64,000 bases of DNA. It comes from Thermoanaerobaculia bacterium. Its GTDB lineage: Bacteria; Acidobacteriota; Thermoanaerobaculia; Multivoradales; Multivoraceae. The notes beneath the pieces were generated by a model that was given only the letters and a program-made list of their open reading frames with translations, ran no database searches and was not told the origin of the DNA. Within the stretch, counting starts at the first letter, position 1. Every line of letters starts with the position of its first letter. The DNA lies in NCBI GenBank assembly GCA_963666565.1, contig OY762911.1:1696001-1760000 (forward strand), in the 5' to 3' direction. Both the position numbers and the translations under genes were made by a program. Below are positions 8,897-18,304 of the stretch, one piece after another.

Positions 8897-10135
8897 ATGA
8901 AGGCCGAGCCGCGGGCCGGAAGTCACCCCGTCAGCGATGCCGAGGCGGGGTTCGAGGTAGGCGAGGGTTTCGAGCGCTTCTCGCAGAAGGACGACGTCTT
9001 CTGCCGTTCGTTCTGGGACCCCGAGGTGAGGACCTCCCGCTCGGACATGTTCTACGAGACCTATCGCACGCCGGAACTGCGCTGGCGTCCGGTGGACGGG
9101 TTCACGCGGCGCGACTACGCGCTTCGCAACGCGTCCTGGCACGTCACCGATCTGTTCGCGGAACTCAAGGGCGGTGCCGACCGTCGCGAGGGCTTTCTCG
9201 ATCCGTACACCGTGCTCCGGGACGGTCCGGGTCCGCCGGACGAGACCGACGAACCGGAGGAGCTCCTCGCCGCCCGGCTCGCCGCCGATCTCAAGACGGC
9301 CGCCCGCGCCCTGGGCGCCGACCTGATCGGCATCACCGGCTACGACGAGCGCTGGGTGTACACGCACGCCTACTCGAGGGAAACGGAGACGGAGAAACCC
9401 CAGGAGCTTCCGGGCGACCTCGGCAACGTCGTCGTCATCGCGCAGGCGATGGACCGGAAGCTGGTGCAGACGGTGCCGTCGGCCCTGAGCGGGACGGCGA
9501 CGGGGGCCGGCTACAGCAGCGACACGGTGGTGCTGCTCGCGATCGCCCAGTACATCCGGAACATGGGCTACGAGGCGGTGCCGACGATGAACGACACGGC
9601 TCTGGCGATTCCGCTCGCGATCAAGGCGGGCCTGGGCGAGTACGGCCGTCACGGTCTGCTGATCACCAGGGAGTTCGGCCCCAGGGTGCGGCTCGGGAAG
9701 ATCTTCACCGACATGCCTCTGGCGCACGACCGTCCGCGGCGCTTCGGGGTACGCGAGATGTGCGAGGTGTGCCGCGCGTGTTCGGATGCCTGCCCGCCGA
9801 AGGCCATCGCGATGGACGCGCCGTCGGACCGCGTCTACAACATCTCCAACATCCGCGGCGTCAGGAAGTGGACCACGGACGCCGAGAAGTGCTTCCGGTT
9901 CTGGTCGAACCAGAATACCGACTGCTCGATCTGCGTCCGGGTCTGCCCCTACAACCGGGACTACTCCCGGCGTCTCAGCCGGATCTGGCGCTGGATGGCG
10001 GGTACCCGCCTGCGCCGGATCGCCCTCTGGATCGACCGCCTCAGCGGGCGGGGGCGGAGGGTCACGCCGAACGCGTGGTGGCGGGGCCCCGCCGCCCGCC
10101 GTGACCGTCGGCGCCGTCAAGCGGCGCCGGCCTGA
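8897..10135 (+). CDS. Reductive dehalogenase / QueG-superfamily cobalamin-2x[4Fe-4S] protein
   Basis: GADLIGI, AIKAGLGEYGRHGLLITREFGPRVRLGKIFTDMPL, CEVCRACSDACP and C-x10-CSICVRVCP; no Tat signal seen. Confidence 0.8.
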   Translation: MKAEPRAGSHPVSDAEAGFEVGEGFERFSQKDDVFCRSFWDPEVRTSRSDMFYETYRTPELRWRPVDGFTRRDYALRNASWHVTDLFAELKGGADRREGFLDPYTVLRDGPGPPDETDEPEELLAARLAADLKTAARALGADLIGITGYDERWVYTHAYSRETETEKPQELPGDLGNVVVIAQAMDRKLVQTVPSALSGTATGAGYSSDTVVLLAIAQYIRNMGYEAVPTMNDTALAIPLAIKAGLGEYGRHGLLITREFGPRVRLGKIFTDMPLAHDRPRRFGVREMCEVCRACSDACPPKAIAMDAPSDRVYNISNIRGVRKWTTDAEKCFRFWSNQNTDCSICVRVCPYNRDYSRRLSRIWRWMAGTRLRRIALWIDRLSGRGRRVTPNAWWRGPAARRDRRRRQAAPA

Positions 10136-10150
10136 CGCCCGTCGCGCGCG

Positions 10151-10180
10151 CTGGGTGCGCGGACCTTCCGGTCCGCTTCC
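10151..10180 (+). repeat. REP-like copy with covariant stem
   Basis: GGTGC-GCGGACC-TTCC-GGTCCGC just downstream of the stop codon. Confidence 0.7.
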
Positions 10181-10275
10181 GGGAAGACCGCACCGCGAAA
10201 CGGCGACTGCCTTGTCCGGCGCCGAGCGTACGCAGCGCCGACTCCTGGCGAGCGGCTGCTACGATGCGGGGCACG

Positions 10276-11373
10276 ATGTGGATCAAGAAGTTCGACCCCG
10301 CCCGCTACCTTCCCGCCGACTCCGGCATCGCGCTGCCGAGCCGCGAGGCGACGCTGCGGGAGGTTTACATGGACCGGCGCAAGTTCGTGGCGACGGCCGC
10401 GGTCGGCATCGCCGGCGCGTCGCCCCTGGCGGCCCAGTTCCGCCTCCGCCGGCAGGTGCCCGCGCCGCCTCCCGCGCCTCCGCTGGAGGAGAAGCTGAAG
10501 CCGGCGCTCGAGCGGCCCGGCGTCTACGGCGCCGAGCCTGCCGCCCAGCCGAAGCGCAACGCGAAGTTCGCCGCGCCGCCGGAGAACGTCGGCGGCGAGC
10601 TGACGCCGCGCGACGTGGCGGGCAGCCACAACAACTTCTACGAGTTCCTGCCCGGCCGCGGCGGTCCGGTGTGGAAGTTCGCCGGCAAGTTCACCGTCGA
10701 GCCGTGGAAGGTCGAAGTGACGGGCCTGTGCGACAACCCGATGACCCTCGACCTGGACGACATCTTCGCCGAAGAGCACGAGGAGCGGCTGTACCACTTC
10801 CGGTGCGTCGAGCGCTGGGCGATGAACGTGCCGTGGAGCGGCTTCCCGTTGGCCAGGCTGATCGAGAAGGCCGCGCCGAAGTCGTCCGCCAGGCACGTGC
10901 GCTTCTTCACGGCCGTGAAGCGCGATGAGATGCCGGGCGTCCGGGAGGCCCACTGGTACCAGTGGCCCTACTTCGAGGCCCTGAGGCTGGACGAGGCGAT
11001 GAACGAACTCGCTTTCGTCGCCACCGGCATCTACGGCGAACCGCTGCTCAAGCAGCACGGCGCGCCGCTGCGGATCGTGGCGCCCTGGAAGTACGGCTAC
11101 AAGAGCCCGAAGTCGATCGTGAAGATCGAGTTCGTCGCGGAGGAGCCGAAGATCTTCTGGCAGATCCAGCCGCACGAGTACGGCTATCTCTCGAACGTCA
11201 ACCCGTACATCCCGCACCCGCGCTGGAGCCAGGCGACGTCGCACTGGCTGCAGGACAACCGGCCGTTCGATACGCCGATCTTCAACGGCTACGGCGAGTA
11301 CGTCGCCAAGCTCTATCCCGACGAGCCGACGACGATGCAGCGAGCGTTGCGGCAGGGGCAGGTCGCGCGATAA
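10276..11373 (+). CDS. msrP: Protein-methionine-sulfoxide reductase catalytic subunit (Mo cofactor)
   Basis: Tat motif DRRKFV; NNFYEF, ERLYHFRCVERW, WPYFEALRLDEAMNEL, QHGAPLR, PWKYGYKSPKSIV, HPRWSQA, FNGY. Confidence 0.9.
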   Translation: MWIKKFDPARYLPADSGIALPSREATLREVYMDRRKFVATAAVGIAGASPLAAQFRLRRQVPAPPPAPPLEEKLKPALERPGVYGAEPAAQPKRNAKFAAPPENVGGELTPRDVAGSHNNFYEFLPGRGGPVWKFAGKFTVEPWKVEVTGLCDNPMTLDLDDIFAEEHEERLYHFRCVERWAMNVPWSGFPLARLIEKAAPKSSARHVRFFTAVKRDEMPGVREAHWYQWPYFEALRLDEAMNELAFVATGIYGEPLLKQHGAPLRIVAPWKYGYKSPKSIVKIEFVAEEPKIFWQIQPHEYGYLSNVNPYIPHPRWSQATSHWLQDNRPFDTPIFNGYGEYVAKLYPDEPTTMQRALRQGQVAR

Positions 11374-11376
11374 GCG

Positions 11377-12978
11377 CTACGGTTCGTTACTTGCCGCCGC
11401 CAGTGCGGCTCCATCTCCGTGGCGTGCCGCCTGCACCGCCGCAGCGAACAGTCCGATCGCGGCGCCGAACGCGATCAGGCCAGCCAACTGGATCCAGCCG
11501 AACATGTCGGACGGGGTCGCGATCGCGAGCAGCGCCGATCCGAATCCGAAGTCGGCGAACTCGCCATCGCGCACTGCCTCCAGGGCGGCCAGACCCGTGA
11601 GCAGGAGCGCGCCTCCGGCCAGCGTAAGGCCGCCGTACGTCAGGCCGTGGGCGGCGAGTTGCGCCGGCGACCGCGGCGGCAGCGCCTCTCGGCGGCGGAC
11701 CTCGAACTTCGGCTCACGCTCGCTCGGCTTGACGAAGCGGCTGAGCATGTACAGGCCGGGCAGGCCGAGCGGGATCGTGAGCAGGAAGAAGTTGGACCAC
11801 CCCACCGAGTGGACCATGAAACCGGCGACGGGCCCCGAGACGATCCGTCCCATGCCGAACAGGGTGGAGAACAGCGCGTACTGGGTAGCCGAGAAGCGCT
11901 TCTGCGTCATGCGCAGCAGCAGCACGGAGAAGGCGCCGGTGCCAAGGCCCTGACATAGGGACTCGAAGCCCATCGCGCCGTAGAGGAGGCCCGGCTGCAT
12001 CGGCAGGTTCGCCAGCAGGATGTACCCGACGTTCGAGAAGATCTGCAGGAACCCGAAGATCCACAGAGCCCTGCCGAGGCCCATCACGTTGGTCCCCAGG
12101 CCGCCGGCGATCGAGCCGACGATCGTCGCGGTCGTGCCGACCGTGGCCAGGGCGACGCCACGATGGTCCGCTGAGTAACCCATGTCGACCAGGAAGGGGC
12201 GGAGCAGGCCCTGGGCCATGTTGTCGCCGAACTTGAACAGGATGACGAAGGCGAGAATCTCGACCGCTCGATGGCGGGAGAGGAAGCCCAGGAAAGGCTG
12301 CCAGACGGCATCCCGAAGCGTCTTCGGCGCCGGTGGCAGGTTCTTCGGCTCGGGCGCCCGAATGGTGATCGCCAGCATGGGCAGGTAGAGCGCCGCCAGG
12401 CCGACGCAGACGAGTGGCCAGGAGGTTCTGCCGGCAACCGTGATGGCGGTTCCGCCTGCAACGAGCATGGCCAGCCGATAGAGCCCGATCCGGGCGCCGA
12501 CCGCCGCGCCCTGTTCCTCCTTGCGGAGCACGTCCACGGCGTAGGCGTCGACCGCGATGTCCTGGGACGCGGCCGCCATGGCGATCGCCAGGGTCAGGGC
12601 CAGGGCCAGCCAGGGAGTGTCCGGGTGATCGCCGACGCCGGACAGCCCGAGAGTGCCGAGAAGCAGGCCGACCTGAGCGATCGCGGCCCATCCCCGTCGC
12701 CGACCGAGGAAGGGCGGCGGGAACCGGTCCATGAGGGGCGCCCAGACCACGTTGAACGTCCACGGCGCCTGGGCCAGGGTGAACAGGCCGACAAGCCGGA
12801 TGTCGACGCCGGCGTCGCGCATCCAGTCGGGTATCGCGATCCAGACCAGCCCCAGCGGCATGCCGGAGGAGAACGAGAGCAGGACGACCGACAGGGTCCG
12901 CCAGGAGCGGACGGCCTGGGCAAGGCTCCGCAACGTGCCCAGCCGTTCCGGCGCATGCTTTTGCTCCTGCTCAGCCAT
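11377..12978 (-). CDS. ampG: AmpG-family muropeptide MFS permease
   Basis: FSSGMP, WAPLMDR, LGRRRGW, ASQDIAVDAY, FSATQYALF; extra C-terminal TM segments. Confidence 0.88.
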   Translation of the reverse strand: MAEQEQKHAPERLGTLRSLAQAVRSWRTLSVVLLSFSSGMPLGLVWIAIPDWMRDAGVDIRLVGLFTLAQAPWTFNVVWAPLMDRFPPPFLGRRRGWAAIAQVGLLLGTLGLSGVGDHPDTPWLALALTLAIAMAAASQDIAVDAYAVDVLRKEEQGAAVGARIGLYRLAMLVAGGTAITVAGRTSWPLVCVGLAALYLPMLAITIRAPEPKNLPPAPKTLRDAVWQPFLGFLSRHRAVEILAFVILFKFGDNMAQGLLRPFLVDMGYSADHRGVALATVGTTATIVGSIAGGLGTNVMGLGRALWIFGFLQIFSNVGYILLANLPMQPGLLYGAMGFESLCQGLGTGAFSVLLLRMTQKRFSATQYALFSTLFGMGRIVSGPVAGFMVHSVGWSNFFLLTIPLGLPGLYMLSRFVKPSEREPKFEVRRREALPPRSPAQLAAHGLTYGGLTLAGGALLLTGLAALEAVRDGEFADFGFGSALLAIATPSDMFGWIQLAGLIAFGAAIGLFAAAVQAARHGDGAALAAASNEP

Positions 12979-13213
12979 CGGCCTCATCCTATGCGTAACC
13001 GTCTATGAATCGTCGCGGCTCGTCGCGTTGGCGGCCAGGGGTCGGAACGAGAGAGAAGCGGCCGCGGGAAACCTGACTCGTGCAGAATCCGTAGTCGGAC
13101 GTGAGATGCCGGCGCGCGGGTCGTCCGACCCGGTTCCGGGGCGAGACGCCGAACGGCGGAAACCCGGGAGATTCGACGCCGGCCGGAGCAGTGTCTCGCC
13201 AGGAGGAACCGAC

Positions 13214-13423
13214 GTGCCCGCGACAGCTACACAGTCCCGTCCCCTTCATCGTTCCGCGTCCGACCGCATGATCGGCGGGGTCTGCGGCGGTCTCGCCGAG
13301 TGGCTGGGCTGGAACCCGACCGCCGTGCGATGGCTCTACGTCCTGGTCTCCATCTTCTCGGTGGCCTTCCCGGGGATCATCGCCTACATCCTGCTCTGGA
13401 TCGCGATGCCGCCCGGCGACTGA
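13214..13423 (+). CDS. PspC domain membrane protein
   Basis: LHRSASDRMIGGVCGGLAEWLG...AYILLWIAMP; AGGAGG at 13201 before GTG 13214. Confidence 0.85.
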   Translation: MPATATQSRPLHRSASDRMIGGVCGGLAEWLGWNPTAVRWLYVLVSIFSVAFPGIIAYILLWIAMPPGD

Positions 13424-13457
13424 GCCCGAGCCTCCGCGTTGTAGGCTGAGTCGGTAG

Positions 13458-14915
13458 ATGACGTCTGCCGACGCAACGAACTTCCTCGATACCCTGACGC
13501 GGCGCCTCGGCCCCGACCGCGTCCTCACCGGCGCCGCCCCCATGGCGGCCTACGAGTCCGACGCCCTGACCGCGTTCCGGGCCCGTCCCCGGGCCGTCGT
13601 GCTGGTCGATTCGGCGGAAGAAGTCGTCGACGTGGTGCGGCTCTGCGCCGGCGCGAACGTGCCGTTCCTGGCGCGCGGAAGCGGCACCAGCCTGTCCGGC
13701 GGCTCGCTGCCGGTCCACGACGGCGTGGTCATCGCAATGAACCGGCTCAACCGGATCCTCGAAGTGGACCCGGTGCGGCGGACGGCGGTGGTCGAGCCCG
13801 GTGTCGTCAACCTCGCCGTGTCCGACGCCGCGGCGCCGTACGGCCTGTACTACTCGCCCGATCCATCGAGCCAGTCGGTCTGCACGATCGGCGGCAACCT
13901 GGCCTTCAACTCGGGCGGCGCGCACTGCCTGAAGTACGGCATGACGAGCAACCACGTGCTCGGCCTTGAAGTCGTCCTGCCGGACGGTGAGGTGGTCCAG
14001 CTTGGCGGCGACAGCCTGGAGGGCGTCGGCCCGGATCTCGTCGGCCTGTTCGTCGGCTCCGAAGGGCTGTTCGGGATCGCCACGAAGATCGTGCTGCGCC
14101 TGCTGCCGAAGCCGGAGACGTACTTCACCCTGCTGGCGGCGTACGACTCGCTGGCGGCGGCGGGGGAGGCGGTGGCCGCGGTCGTCGCCTCGGGCCTGCT
14201 GCCGGGGGCGATGGAGATCATGGACAACCTCGCCATCGAGGCGGCCGAGGCGGCGGTCGGCGCCGGTTACCCGCTCGACGCCGAGGGACTGCTCATCGTG
14301 GAACTGGAGGGCGAGAAGGGGCAGGTCGCCGCCGAGAGCGAGCTGCTGCTCGACGTCGTCCGGCGGTCGAAGCCGTATCTCGAACACGTCGCGAGCGACC
14401 CGGACGACCGGATGCGGATCTGGAAGGGCCGCAAGAGCGCCTTCTCGGCGGTGGGCCGGCTGAGCCCCGACTACATCGTGCAGGACGGCGTGGTGCCGCG
14501 GTCGCGGCTGGGCGAGGCGCTGACGAAGATCCAGCGCCTCGGCGAGGAGCACGGCATCCGGGTGGCGAACGTCTTCCACGCTGGCGACGGCAACCTGCAC
14601 CCGCTCATCCTGTTCGACGGCCGGGTCGAGGGCGAACTGGAGCGCGCCGAGGAACTGGCGGGAGAGATCCTGAGGCTCTGCATCGACCTCGGCGGCTCGA
14701 TCACCGGCGAGCACGGCGTGGGCATGGAGAAGCGGCAGTACCTGGGCGAGATGTTCGGCGACGCCGACCTGGACGCGATGCGGCGCATTCGCCTGGCGAT
14801 CGACCCCGGCGAACTGGCGAACCGCGGCAAGATGTTCCCGGACGCCGAGGCGCCGGCGCTGCTGAGCCACGGTCCGCATCCGTTGGAGGCGGCGGGGGTC
14901 ATCTCGCGCGAATGA
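13458..14915 (+). CDS. glcD: Glycolate oxidase FAD subunit
   Basis: [60 protein letters not shown]. Confidence 0.9.
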   Translation: MTSADATNFLDTLTRRLGPDRVLTGAAPMAAYESDALTAFRARPRAVVLVDSAEEVVDVVRLCAGANVPFLARGSGTSLSGGSLPVHDGVVIAMNRLNRILEVDPVRRTAVVEPGVVNLAVSDAAAPYGLYYSPDPSSQSVCTIGGNLAFNSGGAHCLKYGMTSNHVLGLEVVLPDGEVVQLGGDSLEGVGPDLVGLFVGSEGLFGIATKIVLRLLPKPETYFTLLAAYDSLAAAGEAVAAVVASGLLPGAMEIMDNLAIEAAEAAVGAGYPLDAEGLLIVELEGEKGQVAAESELLLDVVRRSKPYLEHVASDPDDRMRIWKGRKSAFSAVGRLSPDYIVQDGVVPRSRLGEALTKIQRLGEEHGIRVANVFHAGDGNLHPLILFDGRVEGELERAEELAGEILRLCIDLGGSITGEHGVGMEKRQYLGEMFGDADLDAMRRIRLAIDPGELANRGKMFPDAEAPALLSHGPHPLEAAGVISRE

Positions 14916-16015
14916 GCGGGGGCGACTTCGGCGCAGTGGCCGAGGCGGTGCGCGGGGCGGAACGGGTCGTGCCGCGCGGCGGCGGCACCAAGCCGGCGCT
15001 GTGGGCCGTGGAGGGCGCCGAGGTGCTCGATGTGTCGGTGCTCCGGGGAGTCACCGAGTACCTGCCGAGCGAGTACACGGTGACCGCCCTGGCCGGCACG
15101 CGGCTGGCGGACGTGGAGTCGCGGCTGGCGGCGGAGGGCCAGTACCTGCCGTTCGACCCGCTGCTGGTGGAGGCCGGCGGCACCGTCGGCGGCGCCGTGG
15201 CCGCCGGAGCGAACGGCCCGGGCCGGCTCCGCTACGGGGGCCTGCGCGACTTCCTGCTCGCCGTGACCTTCATCGACGGCCAGGGCGAGATCGTCCGCGG
15301 CGGCGCCAGGGTGGTGAAGAACGCCGCCGGCTTCGACCTGCCGAAGCTGATGGTCGGCAGCCTGGGGCGGCTGGGGGTCCTCACCGAATGCACGTTCAAG
15401 GTGTTCCCGCGGCCGGAGAGCTGCGCCACCCTCCGCGTCGTCGGCATGGCGCTCGACGAGGCCCTGGAGGCGGCCGGCCGCGTGGGCGCGGGCGCGGTCG
15501 AACTCGAGTGCCTCGACCTGGTCCACGGCCTGGCTGGCTGGGACCTGGAGATCCGCATCGGCGGCCGCGGCACGGCGCTCGACGCACGGCTGAAACGCAC
15601 GGCCGACCTGCTCGACACCGACGTCGCAACGCTCTCGGGCGATGCCGACGCGACGCACTGGCGTGCCCGCCGCGAGTTCGGCTGGGCCTCGCCGGACGCC
15701 TCCGTCCTCAAGCTCCCGCTGACTCCGGCCACGGCCGGCGCCCTGGAAGATGTCCTCGCCGGGCTTGACGCCGGGAGCATCGGCAGGGTCTACGGCGCCG
15801 GCGTCCAGCAGGCGTTTCTCGCCTGGCCTTCGGAACGCGCCGCCGACCTGCCGGCCCTGGACCGCGCCCTCGCCGGGGCCAGACTGACCGCGCTGGCCCT
15901 GCGCGCCCCGGCCGCCGCCGCCGCCGGGCCCATCCTCGGCTACCGCACCGGTGGCGCACTCCTGCGCCGCGTCCGGCGGGCTCTCGACCCGGACGGCCGC
16001 TTCGGCCGGCTGTAG
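14912..16015 (+). CDS. glcE: Glycolate oxidase FAD-binding subunit
   Basis: [45 protein letters not shown]; ATGA overlap with glcD. Confidence 0.85.
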   Translation: MSGGDFGAVAEAVRGAERVVPRGGGTKPALWAVEGAEVLDVSVLRGVTEYLPSEYTVTALAGTRLADVESRLAAEGQYLPFDPLLVEAGGTVGGAVAAGANGPGRLRYGGLRDFLLAVTFIDGQGEIVRGGARVVKNAAGFDLPKLMVGSLGRLGVLTECTFKVFPRPESCATLRVVGMALDEALEAAGRVGAGAVELECLDLVHGLAGWDLEIRIGGRGTALDARLKRTADLLDTDVATLSGDADATHWRARREFGWASPDASVLKLPLTPATAGALEDVLAGLDAGSIGRVYGAGVQQAFLAWPSERAADLPALDRALAGARLTALALRAPAAAAAGPILGYRTGGALLRRVRRALDPDGRFGRL

Positions 16016-16060
16016 CGCTGCGGGACGCCGGAGCGCCGGCGCACCGGGCCAACGCGAAGA

Positions 16061-16213
16061 CTTGCAATCTGCCGAGGCCGAAACCTGCAATCCGCCGGCG
16101 TCCAAACCTGCAATCTGCCGAAGCCTGAATCTGCATTCTGCCGACGCACAAACCTTCAATCTGCCGACCTTGAACCTTGCAATCTGCCGACACCTGACCT
16201 TACAATCAGCCGA
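16061..16213 (+). repeat. 7-unit direct-repeat array, exact 23-bp period (15-bp core YYTGCAATCTGCCGA + 8 variable bp)
   Basis: Units start at 16061, 16084, 16107, 16130, 16153, 16176 and 16199; the last core ends on the A of ATG 16213. Confidence 0.95.
16177..16206 (+). promoter_or_regulatory. Putative sigma70 promoter embedded in the array (leaderless)
   Basis: TTGCAA (16177) - 18 bp - TACAAT (16201) - 6 bp - ATG; no Shine-Dalgarno. Confidence 0.6.
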
Positions 16214-17559
16214 TGCCAGAGCCGGTCCTGTTCCCACGCCTCGCTGAGCGCCGACTCGTCGAAGCCCTGGAAGACTCGCCCGTCGTCCTCATCCACGGAC
16301 CGCGACAGTGCGGCAAGACGACGCTGGCCCGCATGGCGGCGGCCGGTCCCGACCGGCTCGGCTACGCCTACGTCAGTCTGGACGACGCGGTTGCCCGCGA
16401 CAGTGCCCGGCACGATCCGGCGGGATTCGTCGGCGAGTTTCCGGACCGGGTCATACTGGACGAGGTTCAGCGCGCACCGGAACTGTTCGAGGCGATCAAG
16501 CTGGAGGTGGACCGCAGGCGGAAGCCCGGCCGTTTCCTGCTCACGGGTTCGACGAACGTGCTGCTCCTGCCGACGCTGTCCGAGTCGCTCGCGGGGCGTC
16601 TGGAGATCGTTCGGCTTCATCCCCTGGCGCAGCGAGAGACCACGCCCCAACCGACGGCACCGGTGGGCGACGCGGCCCAACCGAAGGCGCCGGCGGGCGG
16701 CGCGCCACGCCGCGAGTTCCTGGACGCTCTGTTCGGCGGCGGATTCGGCGTCCGCCGGACGGAGCGGCTCGGCGCCGAACTTCCAGAGCGAGTCGCGGCC
16801 GGCGGCTTTGCGCCGGCGGTGCTTCGTCCCACTCACCGGCGCCGGGCGAACTGGCACCGGAGCTACGTCGAAACGCTGGTCGCCCGGGACGTGCGGGACG
16901 TGGCGAACATCCGGTCTCTCGACGTGCTGCCGAGGTTGCTTTCGGCCGTTGCCAGCCAGACCGCGCGCTTGTTCAACCTGACGGACCTGGCCGCGCCGTT
17001 CCAGCTCAGCCGGCCGACGATCGGCGACTACGTGGCGCTGCTTGAGCGCCTGTTCCTGTTCGAGCGGCTTCTCCCCTGGCACAGCAATCGTCTGAGCCGG
17101 CTCGTCAAGAGTCCGAAGCTCCACTTCGTGGACACCGGCGTCGCGACCACGCTTCTGGGCACGAGTCCGGCGGGTTTGATGGCGGACCGCCGCCTGCTCG
17201 GACAGCTACTCGAGAGCTTCGTTTACCAGGAGCTCCGGCGACAGGCCGGCTGGCACGACGCCCCGTTCGAGTTCTTCCACTTCCGCGACCGGGACGGCTA
17301 CGAGGTCGACGTCGTGATCGAGCAGGGACCGGCGGCCGTGGCCGGCGTCGAAGTCAAGGCGGCCGCCACGGTCAGAACGTCCGACTTCCGAGGCCTGCGG
17401 AAGCTGGCTGCGGCCACAGGCGACCGCTTCGCCGGCGGAGTGGTGCTGTACGACGGCGAAATGACCGCACGCTTCGGAGACCGGCTCCACGCGGTGCCCG
17501 TCCGCCGCCTCTGGGAGGCAACAGGCCGTCCTGGAAGGCTACGACGAACTACACAGTAG
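16213..17559 (+). CDS. AAA_14 + DUF4143 ATPase with C-terminal PD-(D/E)xK-like domain
   Basis: Walker A GPRQCGKT, Walker B ILDEVQ, FLLTGS, ESLAGR, KSPKLHFVDTG, EVDVVIE...GVEVK. Confidence 0.9.
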   Translation: MPEPVLFPRLAERRLVEALEDSPVVLIHGPRQCGKTTLARMAAAGPDRLGYAYVSLDDAVARDSARHDPAGFVGEFPDRVILDEVQRAPELFEAIKLEVDRRRKPGRFLLTGSTNVLLLPTLSESLAGRLEIVRLHPLAQRETTPQPTAPVGDAAQPKAPAGGAPRREFLDALFGGGFGVRRTERLGAELPERVAAGGFAPAVLRPTHRRRANWHRSYVETLVARDVRDVANIRSLDVLPRLLSAVASQTARLFNLTDLAAPFQLSRPTIGDYVALLERLFLFERLLPWHSNRLSRLVKSPKLHFVDTGVATTLLGTSPAGLMADRRLLGQLLESFVYQELRRQAGWHDAPFEFFHFRDRDGYEVDVVIEQGPAAVAGVEVKAAATVRTSDFRGLRKLAAATGDRFAGGVVLYDGEMTARFGDRLHAVPVRRLWEATGRPGRLRRTTQ

Positions 17560-17577
17560 TGCGCGCACACCTAGGGC

Positions 17578-17622
17578 TTGCGCTGCCGCCTGGCATCCTG
17601 TAGGGTGTCGGGACTACAGGAT
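17578..17622 (+). promoter_or_regulatory. Putative promoter overlapped by a 9-bp inverted-repeat operator
   Basis: TTGCGC-N17-TAGGGT; ATCCTGTAG (17595-17603) N10 CTACAGGAT (17614-17622); GGAGG before ATG 17645. Confidence 0.55.
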
Positions 17623-17644
17623 AGACTCTGTATCGGAGGGTTGT

Positions 17645-18304
17645 ATGAGCGTACAGGAGTACATCGAGGGCGTGCTTAGGCGGGCCGAGGAGCAGCTCGC
17701 CGTGCGGCTGAAGGAGGCTGTGGAGGATCGCCAGTACGCCGCCGCTGCTGAACTCGCATCGACCTCGGAGCGGGTGCGAGACTTGGTCGAATCCGTGGGC
17801 AACGCGGAGCGAAGCCGTGACCAGCAGGAGATGGGGCTCGCACCCAGTACGGAGGCCGACGCCCGCCGGTTAGCAAGGGCTCGCGCCTCGACTGGTCCTT
17901 CCTCAAGGGGTCCCGAGCGGAGGACGAGCAGGCGATACCCGAGGTTCATTCGCTCCGAGGGTCGTCTGGTCAAGGTTGGATGGTCAAAACGGGACCGAGC
18001 GGAGTACGAACATCGTGCCTCGGAGGCATCCGTGCGGGCGGTGGCAGCGGCGGTTCGTGATCTGGAGTCGCACGAGTTTTCGATGAATCAGTTGATGCCA
18101 GTGGACGACGGAAGTGGAGCGGAAGTCCCTTCCTATCAGGTGTACTTGATCGTGGCGTGGCTACGATCCCTCGGTGCGGTGCGAAGAGCAGGCCGGGGAG
18201 GCTATGTGAGCGTTCCCGATGGCCTGTCTACTGCCGCAATGGAGCAACACTGGCGCGCGTTGGACCCGGACCCAAGCGCGAACGGAGGAATCAGCAGTGA
18301 GTGA
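17645..18304 (+). CDS. Hypothetical protein: N-terminal helical region plus possible winged-helix C-terminus
   Basis: Good RBS; overlaps the next gene; C-terminal helix-wing pattern SYQVYLIVAWLRSLGAVRRAGRGGY. Confidence 0.7.
   Translation: MSVQEYIEGVLRRAEEQLAVRLKEAVEDRQYAAAAELASTSERVRDLVESVGNAERSRDQQEMGLAPSTEADARRLARARASTGPSSRGPERRTSRRYPRFIRSEGRLVKVGWSKRDRAEYEHRASEASVRAVAAAVRDLESHEFSMNQLMPVDDGSGAEVPSYQVYLIVAWLRSLGAVRRAGRGGYVSVPDGLSTAAMEQHWRALDPDPSANGGISSE

Noticed and set aside
16061-16213. 23-bp array as a CRISPR array
   Set aside because: Variable parts are only 8 bp, the core is 15 bp and non-palindromic, and there are no cas genes in the window.
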